Shown here: positions 26,528 through 32,000 of the stretch, in pieces
Layout of the letters: each line of letters begins with the position of its first letter
How positions within the stretch are numbered: the first letter of the stretch is position 1
Origin: Candidatus Saccharimonadota bacterium
GTDB taxonomy: Bacteria > Patescibacteriota > Gracilibacteria > UBA4473
Direction: 5' to 3'
Length of the DNA: 32,000 nucleotides
NCBI GenBank assembly: GCA_963677105.1
Contig: OY781871.1
Location: 420,001-452,000, forward strand
Translations under genes and position numbers: made by a program
The notes under the pieces: generated by a model
Seen by the model: the letters and a program-made list of their open reading frames with translations, nothing else
What the model was told of the DNA's origin: nothing
Database searches by the model: none

Positions 26528-26545
26528 TTTCGTTTTCGAGAAACA

Positions 26546-26574
26546 TTGACAGATTAGTTAAAACTGCTTAATTA
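26546..26574 (+). promoter_or_regulatory. Candidate promoter of 113-aa ORF (leaderless geometry)
   Basis: TTGACA (26546-26551), 17 nt, TAATTA (26569-26574), 7 nt, ATG 26582. Confidence 0.45.
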
Positions 26575-26581
26575 TTGTGTC

Positions 26582-26923
26582 ATGAAACACTATCATTTTG
26601 GGGCAAAAGAAAATACGGCGTTTGTTTTTTTAAAGCGTTTTGTTCCCGGATTTGGATCTGAATTCCCTACAAGAAAAGAAAAAAATCCCCTTAGTGAAAA
26701 ACAAGAATTATTGTATGATTTAGAATTCTTAGAAGTAGAATGGACCTCTTTTCTTAAAGGCTCCGACTCAATTCCTTTCTTTCTTTGGGATGAATTTTTA
26801 AATAAAAATAAAAGACGAGCAACGTCCCTTGGAATAAGAACACCGGAAGATTTTCAAGTAGTAAAAAAACAAATTCAAGAAGAGATTACATCTTTGGAGG
26901 TAGCAAATGTTATAAATTCTTAG
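26582..26923 (+). CDS. Hypothetical protein (113 aa)
   Basis: ORF preceded by a well-placed promoter-like element. No recognisable family or TM segment. Confidence 0.45.
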   Translation: MKHYHFGAKENTAFVFLKRFVPGFGSEFPTRKEKNPLSEKQELLYDLEFLEVEWTSFLKGSDSIPFFLWDEFLNKNKRRATSLGIRTPEDFQVVKKQIQEEITSLEVANVINS

Positions 26924-26934
26924 TTTTTTTGAAG

Positions 26935-26951
26935 TTTGTAATTTGTACTTT
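26935..26951 (+). repeat. Heptad-phased TTTGTAn motif, copy B
   Basis: TTTGTAATTTGTACTTT, identical to 15891-15907. Lies 48 nt upstream of the MgtC-like ATG. Confidence 0.7.
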
Positions 26952-26983
26952 GACTCCTGTTGCTGGCTTTTTATCGAGAAATG

Positions 26984-26992
26984 TGATATACT
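26984..26992 (+). promoter_or_regulatory. Candidate extended -10 promoter of MgtC-like gene (leaderless geometry)
   Basis: TGaTATACT (26984-26992), 6 nt, ATG 26999. No convincing -35. Confidence 0.4.
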
Positions 26993-26998
26993 GCGCAG

Positions 26999-28276
26999 AT
27001 GTCTGGTATTTTTTCTATACATTCGGAAGCTTTTATTTTGTTGATGGCTCTTGGGCTTGGAACGCTTATGGGGCTTCGTCGAGAATTAGATGCACAAGGA
27101 GAACCTGAACGAAAACGGAGTTTTATGGGAATCCGTACCGCTATTGTTTTTACACTTCTTGGAGCAATTTCAACGCTGTTTCCAGAAATCCCAAGTTTCC
27201 CAATCTTCGTATTTTGCGGTATTTTGCTGCTCATTGTTGTGGCTTACGCAAACGGAGCATTTATGAAAAAACGTATTGGATTAACTTCTGAGTTATCCGC
27301 GCTTGCAATGGTGTTTGTCGGAATGTTTGTTGGATATGGATTAATCCTTCCTGCGATTTTCCTAACGATTATTTTGATGGTTTTGAACGAATTTCGAACA
27401 GAACTTCATAAATTTATTTCCACGCTCTCTGTTTCTGAAACACGCGGAGCATTACAATTGTTAATCTTTTCTGGAGCAGTTCTTCCCTTTCTTCCACGCG
27501 TTCCAATTGATCCACTAGGAATTATCGTTCCATTTAACATTTGGTTATTAGTAATATTTATCTCTGGAATTAATTTTGTAGGATATTTCTTGATTAAAGC
27601 ATTGGGAGAACGTGCCGGAACTTTTTTAACAGCCATTCTTGGGTCGCTTGTCAGCTCTACTGCTGTAACTGTTTCTATGGCAGAGCATTCACAGGAAAAA
27701 AATGTTTCTAAAAATTTATTAGCAGCAGGAATTATGATTGCCATTGCGGTAATGAATATTCGAGTCTTTATTGAGATACTCGTCGCTGGAACAAGTGCAA
27801 ATCGGACATTTTTCTTGCTTGTCCCAATTATGATGGCAATTACTGGATTTATCTTTGCGATCTTGGCGTTCAAAGCAGCAAATAATTCCAAAAGACCTGC
27901 GTCTGAAGCCGATTTTGAAATAGAAAGTCCTTTTGAACTTTTACCAGCTATTAAATTTGGAATTCTCTTTGTATTCGTTCTCGCGGGAATTGCGTTAGGA
28001 AAACACTTCCTCGGAGATGCTGGAGTATATGTCGCCGCAGGATTATCCGGACTTGCTGATATTGATGCTGTTGTTCTCTCTTCTATGGAAGCGGTTCGTG
28101 TTGGAGAATTATCTGCTCATACAGCAGAAACTGCTGTATTTATCGGATTAATTGTAAATACGCTTATAAAGCTTGTATACGTTGGATTAATTGGTTCTCA
28201 AGAACTCTTGAAAAAATTGTTCGTCGGAATTTCTATCGTTGCTGTTATTGGAACATTCGTGTGGTTTCTTGTTTAA
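26999..28276 (+). CDS. MgtC/SapB-family plus DUF4010-type polytopic membrane protein
   Basis: N-terminal LGLGTLMGLRRE...MGIRTAIVFTLLGA (MgtC-like block) followed by many TM helices; 425 aa. Confidence 0.7.
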   Translation: MSGIFSIHSEAFILLMALGLGTLMGLRRELDAQGEPERKRSFMGIRTAIVFTLLGAISTLFPEIPSFPIFVFCGILLLIVVAYANGAFMKKRIGLTSELSALAMVFVGMFVGYGLILPAIFLTIILMVLNEFRTELHKFISTLSVSETRGALQLLIFSGAVLPFLPRVPIDPLGIIVPFNIWLLVIFISGINFVGYFLIKALGERAGTFLTAILGSLVSSTAVTVSMAEHSQEKNVSKNLLAAGIMIAIAVMNIRVFIEILVAGTSANRTFFLLVPIMMAITGFIFAILAFKAANNSKRPASEADFEIESPFELLPAIKFGILFVFVLAGIALGKHFLGDAGVYVAAGLSGLADIDAVVLSSMEAVRVGELSAHTAETAVFIGLIVNTLIKLVYVGLIGSQELLKKLFVGISIVAVIGTFVWFLV

Positions 28277-28283
28277 AAAAAAG

Positions 28284-28312
28284 TTGCTAAATCTCCGCAC
28301 TAGAAGTACAGT
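28284..28312 (+). promoter_or_regulatory. Candidate promoter of the ileS leader
   Basis: TTGCTA (28284-28289), 17 nt, TACAGT (28307-28312). Confidence 0.3.
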
Positions 28313-28319
28313 TCGTGCA

Positions 28320-28530
28320 GATCTTTTGATATTTTAAATCCCTTTGAGTGGCAATCAACCACAAGTTTTATCAAAACGGGGAGCGTGAAGAAACTCCACA
28401 ATTCGGAGAAGTAGAACACGTCGGCACTGACCGTAAACAGCTAAATTAAGCTCCGAAAGTCGGAGAAACTCGAGATGGTACCGCTTCGTAAATGAGGCTC
28501 TCGCAGAAGATTCTTCTTCTCATTTTTTTT
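28320..28530 (+). promoter_or_regulatory. T-box-type tRNA-sensing leader (Ile) upstream of ileS
   Basis: Stem III-like hairpin CUCCGA-AAG-UCGGAG (28451-28465). Antiterminator: A1 CGAGA (28471-75)/UCUCG (28499-503), 7-nt bulge UGGUACC (28476-82), A2 GCUUC (28483-87)/GAGGC (28494-98). Competing helix AAAUGAG (28490-96)/CUCAUUU (28519-25) plus U-run to 28530. AUC-A specifier candidates at 28354-57 and 28370-73. Confidence 0.7.
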
Positions 28531-28537
28531 GTATAAC

Positions 28538-31500
28538 ATGAATAAATTTCCCCAACTGGATCCGAAAAAATCTATCGCTCAATGCGAAGAATCTATTCTA
28601 GAGCTTTGGAAAGATCGTCGTATTTTTGAAAGAACGATTGAGTCTCGATCTGAACACAATGAATTCCGTTTTTTTGACGGACCTCCTTTTGCAACAGGAT
28701 TACCGCATTATGGACACATTCTTGCTGGAACGATTAAAGACGCTATTCCGCGTTATAAAACGATGCAAGGATTTCGTGTAACTCGAAATTGGGGTTGGGA
28801 TTGTCACGGAGTTCCTGTGGAATTTCAGGTGGAAAAAGAACACAAAATTGGAGGAAAACCAGGAATTGAAAAAATGGGAGTCGCAAAATTTAATGAGTTA
28901 TGTCGTTCCGTTGTTTTACGTTGTGCAGAAGACTGGGAAAAAACCGTCGATCGCATGGGACGATTTGTTGATTTCTCAAACGATTACAAAACGATGGATC
29001 CTAATTTTATGGAATCTGTATGGTGGGTTTTTGGGCAGCTCTGGAAAAAAGGATTAGTGTATGAAGGAGAAAAAGTAGTTGCATATTCACCAAAACTTGG
29101 TTCGCCTCTTTCAAATTTTGAAGCGAATTTAAATTATAAAGACATTGATGATCCAGCTGTAACAGTGAAGTTCGAACTTGCCAATGAACCGGGGACATAC
29201 TTCCTCGCGTGGACAACAACTCCATGGACATTACCATCAAATCTTGCTTTAGCGGTTCATCCAGATATTAAATATGTTAAGTTTGAAAATCCTGACAAGA
29301 AAGGAGAAAATTTAATTATGGCTAAAGAACTATTTTATAAAAATTACCCAAGTTCATGGAAGGAAACATCAGAACATGGAACTCCAGAAATAGATAAGAC
29401 ACCAGATATTGAAAAAGTTTATCTGGGAAAAGACCTTGTTGGAACAAAATACAAACCACTTTTCCCGTTTTTTAAGGATCACGAAGGAGCGTTTCAAGTT
29501 CTTTCTGCAGATTACGTTTCAGCTGAAGACGGAACGGGAATCGTACATCAAGCGCCAAATTTTGGTGAAGACGATGCAAAAGTGTGTTTTGAGCACAAGA
29601 TAAAACCTTTGATCCCACAACCAATAAATGATTCTGGATATTTTGATGATCAAATCCCAGAACTCGCTGGAAAATATTTCCGAGATGATACTGAAGTTGC
29701 TGGATCAAAAGAAGATAATGCAAATAAATGGGTTTTAGAAAACTTAGGAGAGAAATTATTTAAGCGCGAACAAATTCGTCACAGTTATCCGCATTGTTGG
29801 AGAACTGATTGTGCATTGATGTATCGCGGAATCAACACGTGGTTTGTAGATGTACAAAAAGTGAAAGATCTCATGATTGAGAAAAATCAGGAGATTAATT
29901 GGTTGCCAGATCATTTGAAAAACGGACGTTTTGGAAAAATGTTGGAAGGCGCGCCTGATTGGGCAATTTCACGAAATCGTTACTGGGGAACACCTATTCC
30001 TGCTTGGCGCTGTGACTCTTGTGGAGAAATTCATGTAGTTTCTTCTCGTGCAGAATTGGAGAAAAAAACGGGAAAAAAAGTAAATGATTTACATAAACAT
30101 TTTGTGGATGATTTAACCTGGAAATGTGAAAAATGTTCCGGGAAAATGAAACGAATCGAAGAAGTGCTTGATTGTTGGTTTGAGTCTGGATCAATGCCAT
30201 ATGCAAGTACGCATTATCCATTTTCTGAACTAAAAGAAGAGCAAAGTGCGGAAGATTTTGATTGTTCGAAAAATGAATTTAAATCAGCAGATTTTATCGC
30301 TGAAGGACTGGATCAAACCCGTGGATGGTTTTACACATTACATGTTTTGGGATGTGCTTTATTTGGAAAAAATATTTTCAAAAATGTAGTTACAAACGGA
30401 ATTGTTCTCGCGGAAGACGGACAAAAAATGTCGAAATCAAAAAAGAATTATCCAGATCCACATTTGGTATTTGATAAATATGGAGCGGATGCGATGCGAT
30501 ATTATCTTTTGTCTTCGCCAGTTGTGCGTGGAGAAAACTTTCGTTTTTCCGAATCTGGAGTTGCAGAAGTATTGAAGTCTGTAATCTTGCCACTCCGAAG
30601 TTCATATCAATTTTTCTCAACATACGCGAATATCGACGGATGGAATCCAACTGAATTCACGTTTATACGACATGGAGAAGGCGAACACAATGTGAAAAAG
30701 ATTTACTCTGGAAAAGTCGATAACGATCATCATTTAACTAAAAAGGGAATTCAACAAGTCGTAGAAACTTCAAAAAACCTTGAAAACTTTGATATACTTG
30801 TCGCTTCCCCGTTTATTCGTACACAAGAAACGGCTGAGATTATAAAAAATGAAACAGGATTTTCGGGAGAAATTATTACTGATGAACGAGTTCAAGAACT
30901 CTCTTTTGGGAAACTGGAAGGACAGCCGTTTTTGTCTCGCAGAGAAAGAGTTGCTGAAAAAACTACTGAACAACCAGAGTCTGTAAAAAAACGGCTCTCA
31001 GCATTCCTGTCAGACCTGGGGAAAAAATATCCAGGAAAAAAGATTGTAGTGTGTAGTCACGGAGGAGTGCTCATGGCGTTAGATTCTCTTGAAGCTCGCT
31101 GGAAAACAACTGAAGAAATGCTCCGACTCCCTGTTGCACAAACAGGAAAAACTCGAACAATATTCCCCGAACCAGCATCTGAAAACGAACTTGATCAGTG
31201 GATTCTGTCTGAATTACAAGAGCTTTTACAAGATTATTGCAAAAAGATGGATGTATATGATCTCGAAGGAGCGTTACGTCAAATTCCCGTATTTGTTGAT
31301 AAATTAAACAACTGGTATCTTCGTCGAAATCGACAACGATTTTGGGCAAATGGATTGTCTGTAGAAAAGTCCGCTGGATATGCAACATTGCATCATGTGT
31401 TACAAACTATTGCGAAAATACTGGCTCCAATTTGTCCATTTTTTGCAGAAGAATTATTCCAAAATTTGGGTGGCGGAGATTCCGTACATTTAGAACTTAT

Positions 31501-32000
31501 CCCTCAATCACGAAACGATTGGAAGAACGAACCGCTTGATCAAAAAATGGATCAAGTTCGCGATATTGTACGTTTATCTGCTGGAATACGAGCAAAAGCA
31601 AAAATAAAATTACGACAACCACTTGGAAAATTACAGGTATTTGTTTCCAGTCCTGAAAATCTAGATTTAGACGTTATTGCCGCCGAATCGAATGTGAAAT
31701 ATATAGAAATATTATCTAAAGAATCCCTCAATAAAATCGCAACAAAAATAGTAAAAGTGAATGCGCGAATTGTGGGAAAAAAGTTTGGGAAAAAGGTTCA
31801 AGAACTCATTCAAAAGGGAAAATCTGGTGAGTTTACAGAAAAAGAAAATGGCTTCATCGAAATTGCAGGAGAAATGCTTTCTTCGGAAGAATATGAATTA
31901 GGATATTTAACCGCAGAAGGACTTGAGGCCGAAGCTTCTGCCACATCCGTCGTTCTCCTCGATACAACAATTACACCTGAATTAGAATTGGAAGGGATTG
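28538..32000 (+). CDS. ileS: Isoleucyl-tRNA synthetase (eukaryote-like/type 2), 3' end outside window, with inserted histidine-phosphatase domain
   Basis: Frame of ATG 28538 has no stop to the window end, so it is absent from the ORF track. HYGH motif 28706-28717; editing-domain block TTTPWTLPSN; KMSKS 30425-30439 followed by KNYPDP; anticodon-binding region DQWILSEL..NWYLRRNRQRFW. Confidence 0.93.
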   Translation, partial: MNKFPQLDPKKSIAQCEESILELWKDRRIFERTIESRSEHNEFRFFDGPPFATGLPHYGHILAGTIKDAIPRYKTMQGFRVTRNWGWDCHGVPVEFQVEKEHKIGGKPGIEKMGVAKFNELCRSVVLRCAEDWEKTVDRMGRFVDFSNDYKTMDPNFMESVWWVFGQLWKKGLVYEGEKVVAYSPKLGSPLSNFEANLNYKDIDDPAVTVKFELANEPGTYFLAWTTTPWTLPSNLALAVHPDIKYVKFENPDKKGENLIMAKELFYKNYPSSWKETSEHGTPEIDKTPDIEKVYLGKDLVGTKYKPLFPFFKDHEGAFQVLSADYVSAEDGTGIVHQAPNFGEDDAKVCFEHKIKPLIPQPINDSGYFDDQIPELAGKYFRDDTEVAGSKEDNANKWVLENLGEKLFKREQIRHSYPHCWRTDCALMYRGINTWFVDVQKVKDLMIEKNQEINWLPDHLKNGRFGKMLEGAPDWAISRNRYWGTPIPAWRCDSCGEIHVVSSRAELEKKTGKKVNDLHKHFVDDLTWKCEKCSGKMKRIEEVLDCWFESGSMPYASTHYPFSELKEEQSAEDFDCSKNEFKSADFIAEGLDQTRGWFYTLHVLGCALFGKNIFKNVVTNGIVLAEDGQKMSKSKKNYPDPHLVFDKYGADAMRYYLLSSPVVRGENFRFSESGVAEVLKSVILPLRSSYQFFSTYANIDGWNPTEFTFIRHGEGEHNVKKIYSGKVDNDHHLTKKGIQQVVETSKNLENFDILVASPFIRTQETAEIIKNETGFSGEIITDERVQELSFGKLEGQPFLSRRERVAEKTTEQPESVKKRLSAFLSDLGKKYPGKKIVVCSHGGVLMALDSLEARWKTTEEMLRLPVAQTGKTRTIFPEPASENELDQWILSELQELLQDYCKKMDVYDLEGALRQIPVFVDKLNNWYLRRNRQRFWANGLSVEKSAGYATLHHVLQTIAKILAPICPFFAEELFQNLGGGDSVHLELIPQSRNDWKNEPLDQKMDQVRDIVRLSAGIRAKAKIKLRQPLGKLQVFVSSPENLDLDVIAAESNVKYIEILSKESLNKIATKIVKVNARIVGKKFGKKVQELIQKGKSGEFTEKENGFIEIAGEMLSSEEYELGYLTAEGLEAEASATSVVLLDTTITPELELEGI
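30659..31165 (+). other. Histidine phosphatase superfamily (His_Phos_1/PGAM-like) domain embedded in IleRS
   Basis: FIRHGEGEHN (RHG 30668-30676), HLTKKGIQQ, ILVASPFIRTQETAEII, VQELSFGKLEGQPF, KIVVCSHGGVLMAL (SHG 31055-31063). All family signature blocks are present in the canonical order. Confidence 0.85.

Noticed and set aside
28277-32000. Suspected alternative genetic code (UGA or other stop recoding, as in some CPR lineages), or a pseudogene field, because the track shows no long ORF here.
   Set aside because: The ileS frame is open under the standard code; it was omitted only because its stop is outside the window. TGA terminates conserved genes at normal lengths (nifS 9262-9264, surface protein 3209-3211), so there is no evidence for recoding.
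1-32000. Looked for CRISPR arrays, tRNA/rRNA/tmRNA genes, transposases, integrases, phage genes and defence-system hallmarks.
   Set aside because: None recognised by eye. All spacers longer than 100 nt are accounted for by promoters, terminators, the T-box leader or the heptad repeats. An automated scan (tRNAscan-SE, Infernal, defence-system HMM scans) is still advisable.

Overview
AT-rich bacterial chromosomal window using the standard genetic code: TGA terminates nifS, the large surface protein and other ORFs at normal lengths. It is dominated by housekeeping genes. Gene order: a 5'-truncated giant surface protein; then on the minus strand grpE, a micro-ORF, mnmA, a small membrane ORF and gltX. 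Next come efp, nifU-nifS, a membrane ORF, a DUF2797-like ORF with corA (minus), recJ and pyrB-pyrC. These are followed on the minus strand by gyrA, a VanW-family gene, ftsH, def and a three-gene minor-pilin operon, and on the plus strand by lepA, a 113-aa ORF and an MgtC/DUF4010 membrane protein. The last 3.7 kb has no long ORF in the supplied track. It is in fact a T-box-type leader followed by an uninterrupted ileS frame that runs off the right edge, so no stop lies in the window. The main finding is in that ileS: a complete, apparently catalytically intact histidine-phosphatase (PGAM/His_Phos_1-like) domain is inserted in-frame between the KMSKS catalytic core and the anticodon-binding domain. 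Other signals:
- Sigma70-like promoters abut start codons, a leaderless geometry, and Shine-Dalgarno sequences are essentially absent.
- A heptad-phased TTTGTAn intergenic repeat family includes an exact 17-mer duplicate.
- A perfect palindrome coincides with the grpE promoter boxes.
- pyrB has a candidate attenuator leader.
- EF-P carries Arg32.
- The surface protein carries SLH-like motifs.
Gene content and style (VanW, minor pilins, giant surface protein, no SD) suggest an uncultivated small-genome lineage, possibly CPR/Patescibacteria-like. That is inference only. No CRISPR array, tRNA/rRNA gene or mobile element was recognised.
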